Positions 37,645 through 48,376 of a stretch of DNA of 64,000 nucleotides are shown in pieces. The stretch covers positions 32,001 to 96,000 of the forward strand of contig JBFRWI010000228.1 in assembly GCA_051439505.1 (NCBI GenBank), given 5' to 3'. This DNA is from Hormoscilla sp. (GTDB lineage: Bacteria; Cyanobacteriota; Cyanobacteriia; Cyanobacteriales; Desertifilaceae). Within the stretch, counting starts at the first letter, position 1. Each line of letters starts with the position of its first letter. The notes below the pieces were generated by a model. The model did not search any database. It saw only the letters and a list, made by a program, of their open reading frames with translations, and had not been told where the DNA came from. The position numbers were made by a program, and so were the translations under genes.

Positions 37645-38349
37645 TCAGTCCAACTCAGAACACCGATAGAGGCGATCATATTTTGATAATTGCGCAACAT
37701 AGGTATAGAGATTCGATATGTATGCCTCTATTTCTACCTTCATTTGCTCCCTGAGACATTCGATCAACATATATTTAGGTCGATACTTATCAAAATCTAA
37801 TCCTTGCAAGACATTCAATTCATAACCTTCGACATCCAGAGAAAATAAATCTATTTCCTTGACGTTGTGTTCATCTAAAATCGAAGTCAATGTCCTGGCA
37901 GGCACGTCAACTTTATAAGAGTTGATAGAAAAAGCTTTGCTAGCTTTTTCTATATGCTTAGTATCCCCTGACATAGCCCCAGTGACTAGGGACATGAGAT
38001 GTCCCTAGTTCATTTCCACAGTGGGTTCTGGATAATCATCGGACACTAAAGCATAATTTAAGCAGATTGAATGGGGACGTTCGCGCACGCACTCTCGATA
38101 AAGTTCGGGAATAGGTTCGATCAAAATGCCTCGCCAACCTTTAATTCGCTCTAAGTAGTAGGTATTGCTCTGGTCAAAGCCATCATTGGCTCCAGCTTCG
38201 ATAAAAAAGCCTCGGTTGGGGAGGTGTTTTTGTAGTTTCCGGTCCATACCCTTGAGTGCCGGTCGGGAATAGCGATCGCTCCCCCAAAGTTCAAACAAAC
38301 GTCGGCGATATCTCTTACCTAATTTTTTAACCTGTTTTAGCTTCAGCAT
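37645..38349 (-). pseudogene. FkbM-family methyltransferase interrupted by an in-frame TAG
   Basis: FFIEAGANDG..QSNTYYLE, WRGILIEP, then TAG at 38005-38007; the same frame continues to IDLFSLDVEGYE. Confidence 0.85.
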
Positions 38350-38464
38350 GGCCTCACGCAAGCAGATTGAACCAAATGTATAGGTATGATAGCAGCAAAA
38401 CAGGGACTGTGTCAGTTAAAATAAAAGACGCCCACTTAAGTTAAACAGGACAGAGGTTAATCCC

Positions 38465-39187
38465 TTGCTCACCCTAGGCGTTAACATCGACCATATTGCG
38501 ACCATCCGGCAGGCCCGACGCACCGTAGAACCAGACCCAGTGGCCGCCGCAGTGCTGGCAGAACTGGCCGGTGCCGATGGCATTACGGCCCATCTGCGGG
38601 AAGACCGCCGGCATATCCAAGACCGGGATGTCCGCTTGCTTCGCCAGACGGTCCGCACTCATCTGAATTTGGAAATGGCCCCCACAGAGGAAATGGTGAA
38701 CATTGCCCTGGACGTCAAACCGGACTATGTCACTCTGGTGCCCGAAAAGCGGGAAGAGGTGACCACCGAAGGAGGACTGGATATAGTCGGTCAAGTCTCG
38801 CGTATCGCCTCCATAGTGGACAAGTTGCAAACTGCGGGAATTCCAGTTAGTCTATTTATTGATGCGGACCAGGCCCAGATTGCCGCTTCTGCCCAGGTAA
38901 AGGCAAAGTTTATCGAACTGCACACCGGCACCTACGCGGAAGCTAAGGATGAAGCAGGTCGCCAGGGGGAATTAGATATTTTAGTAAAAGGATGCGCCCA
39001 GGCGATCGCGGCAGGTTTGCGGGTCAACGCCGGACATGGACTGACTTACTGGAATGTCTGCCCAGTGGCTAGTATTCCAGGGATGGAAGAACTCAACATC
39101 GGTCATAGTATCATTAGCAGAGCAGCCCTGGTAGGATTAGAAAGAGCGGTGCGGGAGATGAAGCAAGCCATGCGCGGACAATTGTGA
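38465..39187 (+). CDS. pdxJ: Pyridoxine 5'-phosphate synthase
   Basis: [47 protein letters not shown]. Confidence 0.98.
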   Translation: MLTLGVNIDHIATIRQARRTVEPDPVAAAVLAELAGADGITAHLREDRRHIQDRDVRLLRQTVRTHLNLEMAPTEEMVNIALDVKPDYVTLVPEKREEVTTEGGLDIVGQVSRIASIVDKLQTAGIPVSLFIDADQAQIAASAQVKAKFIELHTGTYAEAKDEAGRQGELDILVKGCAQAIAAGLRVNAGHGLTYWNVCPVASIPGMEELNIGHSIISRAALVGLERAVREMKQAMRGQL

Positions 39188-39246
39188 CTTGTATTTTGTC
39201 AATCATTATGGTAAACAGTTAAAAACTGCGCTTAAGAGGACCGTAA

Positions 39247-39410
39247 TGTCATTGCGAGGGGGGGGATGCTTGAGAGAGTCTTGTGCCTTAGGAGTAACTT
39301 CCCCCCGAAGCAATCTCTTATCTAGCAGGACCGCCGGAGATTGCTTCGGGGGGTATCCCAGACGTTTTTCCTAAAATAGTGGTCAGGTTCCCTCCCCCCT
39401 CGCAATGACA
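39247..39410. mobile_element. Palindromic MITE/REP-like element
   Basis: Outer inverted repeat tgtcattgcgagggggg / cccccctcgcaatgaca; inner ccccccgaagcaatctc / gagattgcttcgggggg. Confidence 0.8.
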
Positions 39411-39495
39411 TATTCAATGCCCGTTAGCGCAAGTCGATCTCTTTGATAGTAGATCGTGGTAAAACGGCAAAGCAGTAAAGTTACAGCAATTGAGC

Positions 39496-39825
39496 ATGCA
39501 AACATATTATTACGTAGCAGCTTCTCAAAAGTTTCTGATCGAGGAAGAACCCTTGGAGGAAGTTCTCAGAGAACGGACAAATGACTACAAGGCCAAGGAA
39601 AAGGAGATTGATTTTTGGTTAATTGTACAGCCAGCATTTCTGGAAGCGCCAGAAATGGCAGAAGCGAAGCAGAAATGTCCCCAACCAGCAGCGGCGATCG
39701 TCTCTACGAATGAGCAATTTATTACCTGGTTAAAATTGCGCTTGGAGTACGTCCTGACGGGTAAATTTTCCGCCCCTTCTGAGACGATACCCGATCCCAT
39801 AGCTTCCCTAGTGTCAGCATCCTAG
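39496..39825 (+). CDS. ycf54: Ycf54, MgPME cyclase accessory protein
   Basis: TYYYVAASQKFL.EEEPLEEVLRER, IDFWL, FITWLKLRLEYV. Confidence 0.95.
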   Translation: MQTYYYVAASQKFLIEEEPLEEVLRERTNDYKAKEKEIDFWLIVQPAFLEAPEMAEAKQKCPQPAAAIVSTNEQFITWLKLRLEYVLTGKFSAPSETIPDPIASLVSAS

Positions 39826-39950
39826 CTTGGGTATTGTGGGGGATGAAACACTATTCATTTCCCACAATCGCAAATAATTTGGAGATTGACAACTAAGAAA
39901 TAAAAATTAGCAAATAACCAATAATAACTAAGGAATCAAGATTAGCAATC

Positions 39951-41054
39951 GTGTTTGACTGTATTATCGTAGGTGCAGGACCAGCAGGGGGAACGGCTGC
40001 TTATCATTTAGCTAAGCGGGGATGTTCTGTGTTACTGCTAGAAAAGGCAGAGTTGCCTCGCTACAAACCCTGTGGCGGTGGGGTTTCCCCCGCAGTTCAA
40101 GAGTGGTTTGATTTCGATTTGACTCCTGCTATCTCTCTCAAGGTGAACTCGGTATGCTATACTTGGAATCAAGGAGATCCCGTAGAGGTAACTCTGGATG
40201 TTCCTCCTATCTGGATGGTAAGGCGAGAGCGGTTTGACTACTTTCTGGTTAAGCAGGCGATCGCCCAAGGGGCCCAACTCCGAGACAAGACAGCAGTAAC
40301 GGGAATAGAATGGCAGGGCAGTTACTGGCAGATAAACACGGCAGGTGAACCAGTAACAGGTCGCTATGCGATCGCCGCCGATGGCGCCAACGGTCCGATG
40401 GCGAAATGGCTGGGTTTCCCACAACGTAAGTATACTATGGGCTCGGCTTTGGAAGCAGAAATTCCTACCAAACAGCAAGAATTAACTAGCGCCTATTTTG
40501 AATTAGGTGCGATAAAAAAAGGCTATGGTTGGAATTTTCCTAAAATTGATGGCTACTCCCTCGGGGTGGGCCGTTTCTGGGGGAAAACTTCGGTAAAGTT
40601 CAAGCAAAAATTAGTAGAATATGCTAAGATGTTTAATGTGGATGGGATAAATAAGCCCTATGGTCATCCCATCTATTTGTGGAACGGAAATCAAAAGCTC
40701 CACGCACAAAATGCAGTGTTAGCAGGAGAAGCCGCCTGCGTGGTAGACCCCTTTACCGCTGAAGGAATTCGTCCTTCGATCTTCAGTGGCCTGCGCGCGG
40801 CCCATGCCATTGCTGAGGCGATCGCGGGGGATATAAATGCCCTGGAAAAATACACCACTACCATGAAAGAAGAGTGGGGTGCTGAGATGATCTGGGCCCA
40901 GCGAATAGCCCGGGCATTTTACAACTTTCCCAGCATCGGTTACAAAGCGGGTATCAAACAACAGAGTAACACCATCACCATGACCAAGATTTTCGCAGGG
41001 GAACGGCGCTACTCCGATGCGGCAAAATCAGCATTAAAACGCTTGCTCGGCTAA
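39951..41054 (+). CDS. Geranylgeranyl reductase family FAD-dependent oxidoreductase
   Basis: IVGAGPAG, PRYKPCGGG, IAADGANG, GYGWNFPK, GEAACVVDPFTAEGI. Confidence 0.9.
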   Translation: MFDCIIVGAGPAGGTAAYHLAKRGCSVLLLEKAELPRYKPCGGGVSPAVQEWFDFDLTPAISLKVNSVCYTWNQGDPVEVTLDVPPIWMVRRERFDYFLVKQAIAQGAQLRDKTAVTGIEWQGSYWQINTAGEPVTGRYAIAADGANGPMAKWLGFPQRKYTMGSALEAEIPTKQQELTSAYFELGAIKKGYGWNFPKIDGYSLGVGRFWGKTSVKFKQKLVEYAKMFNVDGINKPYGHPIYLWNGNQKLHAQNAVLAGEAACVVDPFTAEGIRPSIFSGLRAAHAIAEAIAGDINALEKYTTTMKEEWGAEMIWAQRIARAFYNFPSIGYKAGIKQQSNTITMTKIFAGERRYSDAAKSALKRLLG

Positions 41055-41175
41055 TTGCTAATTGCTAATTGCTAATTGCTAATTGCTAATTGCCCCATTA
41101 TCCATTCTGTATTCGGCCATTAACCATTAGCCATTAACCATTAGCCATTAACCATTAGCCATTAACCATTAGCAA
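41050..41175. repeat. Heptamer short tandem repeats (gctaatt; ccatta(a/g))
   Basis: STRR-type runs between convergent genes; similar runs at ~25460-25495 and ~59510-59590. Confidence 0.9.
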
Positions 41176-41634
41176 TTAGCCATAAATAAGAGTAGCAATA
41201 AAGGAAATCGCAACTCCCAGTAGGAAACCGACAATTACCTGCACGGGAGTATGTCCGAGCAATTCCTTTAAGCGGCCTTCGCTCAACTCATGTTTATCGT
41301 GAAATAGCTCGTCAATCATCTGGTTGAGAATGCGCGCCTGCTTGCCAGCAGCTTGGCGGACACCAGCAGCATCGTACATGACGATAATCGCAAAAATAGT
41401 GGCGATCGCGAAATCAGGACTTTCCCAGCCGGTTTTCTGTCCCACTTCCGTGGCCAGGGCCGCCACCAGGGCCGAATGAGAACTGGGCATGCCACCAGTG
41501 GTGACTAAAACGCGGACATTCAGCTTCTGATTTTTTACCAGCTCGACCACTAGCTTGAGTGCTTGAGCGATCAAACAGGCGATCAGCGATACCAACAGCA
41601 CGCGATTGTTCAGGATATGGCCAAGGTCCTGCAT
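41176..41634 (-). CDS. Divergent PAP2 family protein
   Basis: TGGMPSSHSA, VMYDAAGVR, LKELLGHTP. Confidence 0.92.
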   Translation of the reverse strand: MQDLGHILNNRVLLVSLIACLIAQALKLVVELVKNQKLNVRVLVTTGGMPSSHSALVAALATEVGQKTGWESPDFAIATIFAIIVMYDAAGVRQAAGKQARILNQMIDELFHDKHELSEGRLKELLGHTPVQVIVGFLLGVAISFIATLIYG

Positions 41635-41643
41635 AATGGTTTT

Positions 41644-42564
41644 CTAGTTACTGCGGGTGGTGATAAAATCGGCGATCGCCATCAGGGGTATCGCCCGTTC
41701 TCCAAAGGGTTCCAGTTGAGCCTTTGCCTCTTCCACTAGCTTTGTGGCCTGGTTGCGAGACTCCTCAATTCCCCAGATACTAGGGAAAGTCACCTTTTGG
41801 GCTTGCAGGTCTTTACCAGCCGTTTTGCCCAACTCGGCTTGGGTCGCCGTAATATCAAGAATATCATCGATAATCTGAAAGGCCAAACCAATATTCTGGG
41901 CATATTTCGACAGCCGTTCTAATTCCGGTGCTGGACAGCCAGCTAGCATCGCCCCCGAGACTACTGTAGATTCTAACAGCGCTCCGGTTTTGTGAGTATG
42001 AATATAATTGAGTGTTGACTCCGGCACGTCCGACTTGCCTTCATATTCCAGGTCCACCACTTGACCGCCCACCAACCCCGCCGCCCCCGAGGCTTTTGCT
42101 ATCTGGGTAATTACTGCCAACACCCGATCGGCTGGGACATTTTCCGTGGCCCGGGCAATATATTCAAAGGCATAGATCATCAGGCCATCCCCTGCTAGGA
42201 TCGCCATGTTTTCCCCATATACTTTATGGTTCGTCGGCTTGCCTCTGCGAAAATCATCATTGTCCATGGCTGGCAAGTCATCATGGATCAATGACATGGT
42301 GTGGATCATCTCCAAGGCGCAGGCTGTGGGCATGGCCATTTCCGCCGTGCCTCCCGTTAACTCGCAGCTAGCAAGGCAAAGGATGGGACGCAAGCGCTTG
42401 CCACCAGCTAACAGGGAGTAGCGCATCGCCTCATAGATCTTTTCGGGATAGCTGACTGGTAATGCCCGATCGAGGGCTGCATCCACCAGCGCCTTGCGTT
42501 TTTGCAGGTAGACTTTCAGGTCAAATGCTTCAGTGGCTTGTTGATTATCTTTCACTAACATCAC
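41644..42564 (-). CDS. crtE: Geranylgeranyl diphosphate synthase
   Basis: [44 protein letters not shown]. Confidence 0.95.
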   Translation of the reverse strand: MMLVKDNQQATEAFDLKVYLQKRKALVDAALDRALPVSYPEKIYEAMRYSLLAGGKRLRPILCLASCELTGGTAEMAMPTACALEMIHTMSLIHDDLPAMDNDDFRRGKPTNHKVYGENMAILAGDGLMIYAFEYIARATENVPADRVLAVITQIAKASGAAGLVGGQVVDLEYEGKSDVPESTLNYIHTHKTGALLESTVVSGAMLAGCPAPELERLSKYAQNIGLAFQIIDDILDITATQAELGKTAGKDLQAQKVTFPSIWGIEESRNQATKLVEEAKAQLEPFGERAIPLMAIADFITTRSN

Positions 42565-42574
42565 GAGTATGCAC

Positions 42575-43444
42575 TTAAATTCGCTGGATATAGCTCCATA
42601 CCGTATTTTCCAACAGCATGGCCACAGTCATCGGACCAACCCCGCCGGGAACGGGCGTGATATATTGCGCCACGGCCCCCACTTCCTCAAAATGAACGTC
42701 TCCTACTAAACGCACCTTCCCCTTTGCGTCGGTGATTCGGTTAATCCCCACATCCAGAACTACGACTCCGTCTTTAACCATGTCGCCTTTGATCATTTGA
42801 GGATTGCCTGTCGCCACAATTAGAATATCAGCTTTTCGGGTAATTTCTGCTAAATTTTGGGTGAAGATATGGGCGATCGTCACCGTGGCATTGGCGGCCA
42901 ACAGCATCAGGGCCGCTGGTTTACCCGCCAGGATACTGGCTCCCACCACCACCGCATGTTTACCCTGAACGGGAATTTGGTATGCTTCTAACAGGCGCAT
43001 CATGCCTGCTGGGGTGCAGCTGCCCAATCCCGGTTCTCCCAGTACCAGTTTCCCCATATTAGTAGGGTGGAGTCCATCGACATCCTTGTCGGGGTGGATT
43101 CGATCTAAAAGTGGTTTAGCATTTAAGTGTTGCGGTAGGGGCAGCTGGAGGAGGATACCGTCTACCCGTAAGTCAGCATTGAGATTGTCAATTATTGCTT
43201 CTAGTTCTGCTTGGGTGGTAGTTACTGGCAAATGCCGGCTAAAAGAGGCAATACCCACCTTAGCACAGGCTTCCTGCTTCTTGCGTACGTAGACAATGCT
43301 GGCGGGGTCGTCCCCTACCATCAGCACTGCTAACCCTGGAGGACGCTTGCCATCTGCTTGTAGGGTCTTCACGCGATTTCCCAATTCCGATTGCATCTGC
43401 TTTGCCAGGGCTTTACCATCTAAGATTTGAGCCATTTTAGTCAT
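42575..43444 (-). CDS. folD: Methylenetetrahydrofolate dehydrogenase/cyclohydrolase
   Basis: [35 protein letters not shown]. Confidence 0.97.
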   Translation of the reverse strand: MTKMAQILDGKALAKQMQSELGNRVKTLQADGKRPPGLAVLMVGDDPASIVYVRKKQEACAKVGIASFSRHLPVTTTQAELEAIIDNLNADLRVDGILLQLPLPQHLNAKPLLDRIHPDKDVDGLHPTNMGKLVLGEPGLGSCTPAGMMRLLEAYQIPVQGKHAVVVGASILAGKPAALMLLAANATVTIAHIFTQNLAEITRKADILIVATGNPQMIKGDMVKDGVVVLDVGINRITDAKGKVRLVGDVHFEEVGAVAQYITPVPGGVGPMTVAMLLENTVWSYIQRI

Positions 43445-43553
43445 GAGTCCGATACTATTGAGGCCAGAGCCTCTTTCTCCCTGACCATTTTCCTGTCCCA
43501 AAGGATATCATGCTTGTATAGCAACACCTACCATTTTCCATGGGAGGGTATGC

Positions 43554-43976
43554 GTGACTTGTATGAGCAAATCTAATATGACAATTGTCAAGAGACCGCT
43601 CTGCACTGCCTTGCTGCTCTTGGGGCTTTGGGGTTGCGGTAAGGAGGCACCGGATATCAAGCTCACCAATATCAGTGATATCCCGCAGATTGCTAAGGGC
43701 ACAACTACAGTTTACTTAAAAGGCACGGTGATCGAGCAAGTCCCCTTGCTGGATGCTCAACTCTATCAGCTTGAGGATGCTAGCGGTAAGATGTGGGTGT
43801 CCACTACCTCAAGTTTGCCCGAACTCGGGGATGAAATTACCATCGCTGGGGAGATCCGCTATGAAAGCATTCCCGTGGAAGGACTAGATTTTTCCGAGGT
43901 CTATATCTGGGAAACCCAAAAGCTAGAACAAGCAGATCGAGAGGAGAAAACAAGTAATGAGAAATCAACCGGTTGA
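43554..43976 (+). CDS. Putative lipoprotein, OB-fold-like
   Basis: Lipobox LWGC; VYLKGTV...YQLEDASGKMWV. Confidence 0.7.
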   Translation: MTCMSKSNMTIVKRPLCTALLLLGLWGCGKEAPDIKLTNISDIPQIAKGTTTVYLKGTVIEQVPLLDAQLYQLEDASGKMWVSTTSSLPELGDEITIAGEIRYESIPVEGLDFSEVYIWETQKLEQADREEKTSNEKSTG

Positions 43977-44400
43977 GGTGGCGATCGCGATCTTATATCG
44001 TCAAGACAGATTTTTGCTGCAGCTGCGAGATGATATCCCTAATATTTCCCATCCGGGTCTATGGGCTTTTTTTGGCGGTCACGTAGAACCCGGAGAAGCT
44101 TTAGAAGCAGCAATGCGGCGGGAATTATTAGAGGAAATTGGCTATTGTCCGCCGGAGATTTCTTTCTTTCGCTGCTATAGAACGGATGAAGTCATTCGTC
44201 ATATTTTTTCTGGGAGTATTGAGGTGGAACTGGAAGACTTAGTCTTGGGGGAAGGTTGGGATATGGGGTTCTTGACTATAGCAGATATTCGCCGGGGTGA
44301 GTGTTACTCGGAAAATGCGGGTGAAGTGCGACCCATCAGTAGTATACATCAAGGGATTTTGTTAGATTTTATAGAGGAACGCAAGATTGAGAATTGTTAA
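43957..44400 (+). CDS. NUDIX hydrolase
   Basis: GGHVEPGEALEAAMRRELLEEIG Nudix box. Confidence 0.93.
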   Translation: MRNQPVEVAIAILYRQDRFLLQLRDDIPNISHPGLWAFFGGHVEPGEALEAAMRRELLEEIGYCPPEISFFRCYRTDEVIRHIFSGSIEVELEDLVLGEGWDMGFLTIADIRRGECYSENAGEVRPISSIHQGILLDFIEERKIENC

Positions 44401-44475
44401 TAGAAAATTGTCAATTGAGAATTAATGATTCGCGAGTGAGATGCTGTTGGGTATGCGGAGTAAAGGAAGTGGACA

Positions 44476-45699
44476 ATGCTTAAGAAACTTATCCTGGAAA
44501 ACTGGAAAAGCTTCCAGTATGCGGAACTACCGATCGACCCCTTGACCGTGCTCGTCGGTACTAATGCTAGTGGCAAATCTAATGCTATTGATGCCTTGGA
44601 TTTTCTCAATCGGATGGCGTGGGATGTGGAAATTCAAAAAGCTTTGACGGGCGATCGCTATTTTCCGGAAATCAGAGGCGGACTTGAGTGGGCGAGTTTG
44701 AATGACTGCAAAGCATTTACATTAAAAGCATTAATTCAAGGAGAAGATGAAACCACTGATTACCTTTACAGTATTACCATAGAAATTTCTTACCGGGCAC
44801 AGCTTGGGGCTGAATCTCTTTTCCGGTTAAAGAAAACATCTGGTAATGCTAGGTCGAAAATCTGCTTATTTCATACAGATGCCCCATCGGAGTCGAGCAT
44901 CTATATGCGACTCAAAGATAAACATCAATTGCCCTTTGGTACAGACCGCCTCTATTCTAAGTTAAACTGGTTGATACTGGTTAGCGGACTAGACGAAGAA
45001 GTTGTGCGAGGGATTAAGGTAGTTTTACAAACCCTCAGAAACATTGTTATCTTAAATCCAATTCCTGCCAACATGCGGAATTATTCACCACTTGACGATC
45101 GGATGGAAGATGATGCCTCCAATATTGCCGGGTTACTAGCAGCATTACCTTCCGAACAGAAAGAGAAAGTGGAATCAACTCTATCTGCTTACGCCAGGAA
45201 GTTGCCAACAGGAGATTTTCAGAAAGTCTGGGCTGAAAAAGTGGGCAAGTTTGGTTCCCATGCTATGATCTATTGTGAAGAATTATGGAAACCGGATGAA
45301 CCCAAATTGATTGATGCCCGGGTCATGTCAGATGGCACCTTGCGCTTTCTAGGAATTGTGACAGCATTGCTGACCTTCCCAGAAGGAAGTCAACTGGTAA
45401 TTGAAGATGTCGATAGCGGACTTCATCCCTCCCGGGCGGACTTATTGATCGAAATGCTGGGAGAAATTGGCGAACAGAGGAAAATTGATATTTTAGTGAC
45501 GACTCATGATGCAGCTATGCTAGATGCTTTAGGACCGGAGATAGTTCCGTTTGTGGTGGTCGCCCACCGAGATCCTGAGACGGGATCTAGCAGACTGACG
45601 CTTCTAGAAGAGATTGAAAACCTGCCCAAGTTGATGGCATCGGGAACTTTGGGTAAACTGACCGCTAAGGGGGCGATCGAAAGGAGTATTTCAGGTTAA
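44476..45699 (+). CDS. AAA_21/ABC-type ATPase
   Basis: LENWKSF, GTNASGKSN, MSDGTLR, LVIEDVDSGLHP, VTTH. Confidence 0.9.
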   Translation: MLKKLILENWKSFQYAELPIDPLTVLVGTNASGKSNAIDALDFLNRMAWDVEIQKALTGDRYFPEIRGGLEWASLNDCKAFTLKALIQGEDETTDYLYSITIEISYRAQLGAESLFRLKKTSGNARSKICLFHTDAPSESSIYMRLKDKHQLPFGTDRLYSKLNWLILVSGLDEEVVRGIKVVLQTLRNIVILNPIPANMRNYSPLDDRMEDDASNIAGLLAALPSEQKEKVESTLSAYARKLPTGDFQKVWAEKVGKFGSHAMIYCEELWKPDEPKLIDARVMSDGTLRFLGIVTALLTFPEGSQLVIEDVDSGLHPSRADLLIEMLGEIGEQRKIDILVTTHDAAMLDALGPEIVPFVVVAHRDPETGSSRLTLLEEIENLPKLMASGTLGKLTAKGAIERSISG

Positions 45700-45732
45700 G
45701 TTAAGCGTAAGGTGGGCAGTGCCCACCCGACA

Positions 45733-46344
45733 TTAGGAGATTTCGCCTCTAATGACTGCTTGAAACTCCTGCACGGCATCATACTGGTCGGGATAGTCAA
45801 TATAGCGTAGTAACAAAGCTAAATCTAAATCGGGAAAAAATTTACTTCGGTGTACTTCTTCATACTCTTTTTTTCTCAAATCAAAAACCTGCAATTGGTT
45901 TGACTGACAAAACCAAACTTCCGGAACTCCTATCTGTTTGTACAGTTCTCGCTTGTCGATCGTACTGCTAGTCATAATGACTTCTATGACAATATCGGGA
46001 ATATCTTTATCGCTGCTAATGGAGTAAGAGTCGTCCGGTTCGCCATAAGCATAACCCGTCTTCTCGATGGGAAACCTGCCACAGAGATAAAACCGGATAC
46101 CCTGTTCTTTCATGTAAGCTTCTAGCAGCGACCCTAGGGTACTTTTTATCCGTTCGTGCTTGCGACTCGGTGGTGAGATAATCTCTAATACTCCTGCTAA
46201 ATAGAACAATCTTACTGCTTGCAGACCCTGGAAACTGGCTTTGATGGCTTGGAAACGCTCCCAGCTGATGTCGCCGAGGGCGATCGAGCTGTCTTGGTCT
46301 GCTTGACTGACTTGTTTTCTGAGGGTTTGAGGATTCATAGGCAA
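45733..46344 (-). CDS. Uma2-family endonuclease-like protein
   Basis: ISWERF, HERIK, EPDDSY, PDIVIEV, GVPEVW. Confidence 0.88.
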   Translation of the reverse strand: MPMNPQTLRKQVSQADQDSSIALGDISWERFQAIKASFQGLQAVRLFYLAGVLEIISPPSRKHERIKSTLGSLLEAYMKEQGIRFYLCGRFPIEKTGYAYGEPDDSYSISSDKDIPDIVIEVIMTSSTIDKRELYKQIGVPEVWFCQSNQLQVFDLRKKEYEEVHRSKFFPDLDLALLLRYIDYPDQYDAVQEFQAVIRGEIS

Positions 46345-46621
46345 TGGTTTTCACTCTGTCTGCTTCTATTCTAGCACAACTCAACCGCAGGCGATCGCTG
46401 GAGTTTGACGGTCTAATTTTTTTCATTCCCGATCATGATTATACGGAGATTGACAAATTCCCTCTATTTATGTTTAACTAGAATTAGATGTGAAAATTAT
46501 AAAATTTGGTCAGAATAAATGCCCGATCGCATCCAAATAAACACCCAGAGGATGATAGCGGTTTTTTCGTAACGTCCGTCGAGAAGGAATATTGATATTA
46601 CCCCAGAACAGCAAAGATGAC

Positions 46622-46651
46622 TTGACAAAGCTGATCGAACTTTGCTATAAT
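46622..46651 (+). promoter_or_regulatory. Consensus sigma70 promoter upstream of the CoiA-like gene
   Basis: TTGACA-18nt-TATAAT with an extended TGn; caaag...ctttg inverted repeat overlapping the spacer. Confidence 0.7.
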
Positions 46652-46757
46652 GAGGGAGAACGGGAAATCAGGTATAGGAGCCCATGACTCACTACCTATG
46701 CTAGAATGTTCTAGAGATTCCAATATGCCAGATCCTGCAAGGGAGGTCGATCCAGCC

Positions 46758-47318
46758 ATGCCTTTTATTGCCAAAATCCCCAGCACCGGCGAAAGAGTAG
46801 ACATTACAAAAATTAAAAATCCGCGAGCAGAGCTGAAAGCGGATGATTTGGTATGTCAGCTTTGTGGTCAACCGATGATCGTCCGCCAAGGATTTCTCCG
46901 GAAACCTCACTTTGCCCACAAAGCTGAATGCACAAGTGATTACAAGCGTCATCCAGAAAGTCCACAGCATCGTGCGGGGAAAGAATTAATAGCAGCAACT
47001 ATAAAAAAGGAACTGGCAGATTACAGTCTTGCGAAAGTGGAATATGAGTTTCCTATTCCTGAAGCGAAGCGGGTTGCGGATGTTGCGGCTCTTTTTCCAA
47101 ATGGTTGGATAGTAGCCCATGAATGTCAGTTAGCATCAATTACAGTAGAAGAACTTGAGCAACGAACGGAGGATTATTTACATGCAGGAGTTGACGTTGT
47201 TTGGTGGCTTGGCAAGGATGCAAATACCCCAGGAAATCGAGATTGGTGTCAGTCAAAATTTGGGGCTGCCCTCATACTCAATTATGAGCAGCTGTCTGCC
47301 GAAGACCGAGAAGACTAA
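46758..47318 (+). CDS. CoiA-like protein (Zn-finger + PD-(D/E)XK nuclease)
   Basis: CQLCG...HFAH...C, ESPQHRAGK, RVADV, ECQLAS, RTEDY, VVWW; GGAGG RBS before ATG 46758. Confidence 0.85.
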   Translation: MPFIAKIPSTGERVDITKIKNPRAELKADDLVCQLCGQPMIVRQGFLRKPHFAHKAECTSDYKRHPESPQHRAGKELIAATIKKELADYSLAKVEYEFPIPEAKRVADVAALFPNGWIVAHECQLASITVEELEQRTEDYLHAGVDVVWWLGKDANTPGNRDWCQSKFGAALILNYEQLSAEDRED

Positions 47319-48150
47319 GACTGTAGATATTGTCAGTTATGAGTTTTACCCACAGGAGTGGCATGATCGTAAAGGAATTAGTCAAAATTGTGGTTTGTCC
47401 TCATACTCAATTATGAGAGAATCTCTGCCGAATATCAAAGAGACTAAGAGTGTAAATATTTTAACTTATGAGTTTTACCCAGAGGAGTGGTATGACAATA
47501 GTGTAAAGGGGAAATTGTTGAATGAGCTCCATAAATGCTTAATATATAGAGAAAGAAATATATATAGAAGGGAAGAAAGTTTACGGATGCACGAAGAGAC
47601 AGAAAAAGTAATTGAAGATTACTTAAAGTTAATTTGCCTAGAGAAAAGCAATGAAAAATGGCAAAAGAAGTGGGGAAAAGTAATTGTGAAAGATGAGATA
47701 AATAATTTAGATAAAATCGTGATAAAATATATAGAAAAGTTTGGGGTAAATCAAAAAAAGCTTGAAATAGAAATTAGGTGTCAATATGACGTAGATTATG
47801 AGTCACATGAGTCACTTTCAGGAGAATCACGTTGGCTGATTCACACGACGAGTTTAATGTTGAGGCGTTGTCTGCAAATATGGCAGAAATTAAACAAAGC
47901 TCAAATTATACGCGGGCTGGCATTACAACAGCGCGGGATCAACTATATGAATGGTTTAATTGGAGCACTAAACAGTAAAAAGGCGATACAGAAACAGGGA
48001 AAAGGAGTTGATGCTGCATGGGTTGTGATGGATATTAACAGCCTGAAACCTGACCGTAGCAAAATTCTCCCCGTGAGTGGTGTTGAAGCAGCTAAAAGAA
48101 GGGCCCGTGAGTGGAAAAAGCAAGGTCTGTTCTCATCTGATAAAAGCTAG
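47284..48150 (+). CDS. AT-rich hypothetical protein
   Basis: Long open frame overlapping the CoiA end; N-terminal 43-aa duplication; start uncertain. Confidence 0.65.
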   Translation: MSSCLPKTEKTKTVDIVSYEFYPQEWHDRKGISQNCGLSSYSIMRESLPNIKETKSVNILTYEFYPEEWYDNSVKGKLLNELHKCLIYRERNIYRREESLRMHEETEKVIEDYLKLICLEKSNEKWQKKWGKVIVKDEINNLDKIVIKYIEKFGVNQKKLEIEIRCQYDVDYESHESLSGESRWLIHTTSLMLRRCLQIWQKLNKAQIIRGLALQQRGINYMNGLIGALNSKKAIQKQGKGVDAAWVVMDINSLKPDRSKILPVSGVEAAKRRAREWKKQGLFSSDKS

Positions 48151-48223
48151 TCGGAAAGGGGCGATCGCCTGTTTCCCAGGGCCCGGCGCGATACTCCAGG
48201 TAACGGTCTGGGAACGAGACGAT

Positions 48224-48314
48224 AACACCGAAGCACTCTTCGTGCTTACTACGAACACCGAAACGCTAAAGCGTTTACTACGAACACCGAAACGCTAAAG
48301 CGTTTACTACGAAC
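48224..48314. repeat. 3 tandem hairpin+actacgaac REP-like units
   Basis: aacaccgaagcactcttcgtgcttactacg, then 2 x aacaccgaaacgctaaagcgtttactacg. Confidence 0.9.
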
Positions 48315-48376
48315 GCACCCGCTCGCATACCCATTATGATAAAGTCTGTAGAAACACAAACCGCCAAGTCTGACCC

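Noticed and set aside
48224..48314. Mini-CRISPR (also 51101-51284)
   Set aside because: Head-to-tail REP-like units without spacers; the same family is dispersed elsewhere.
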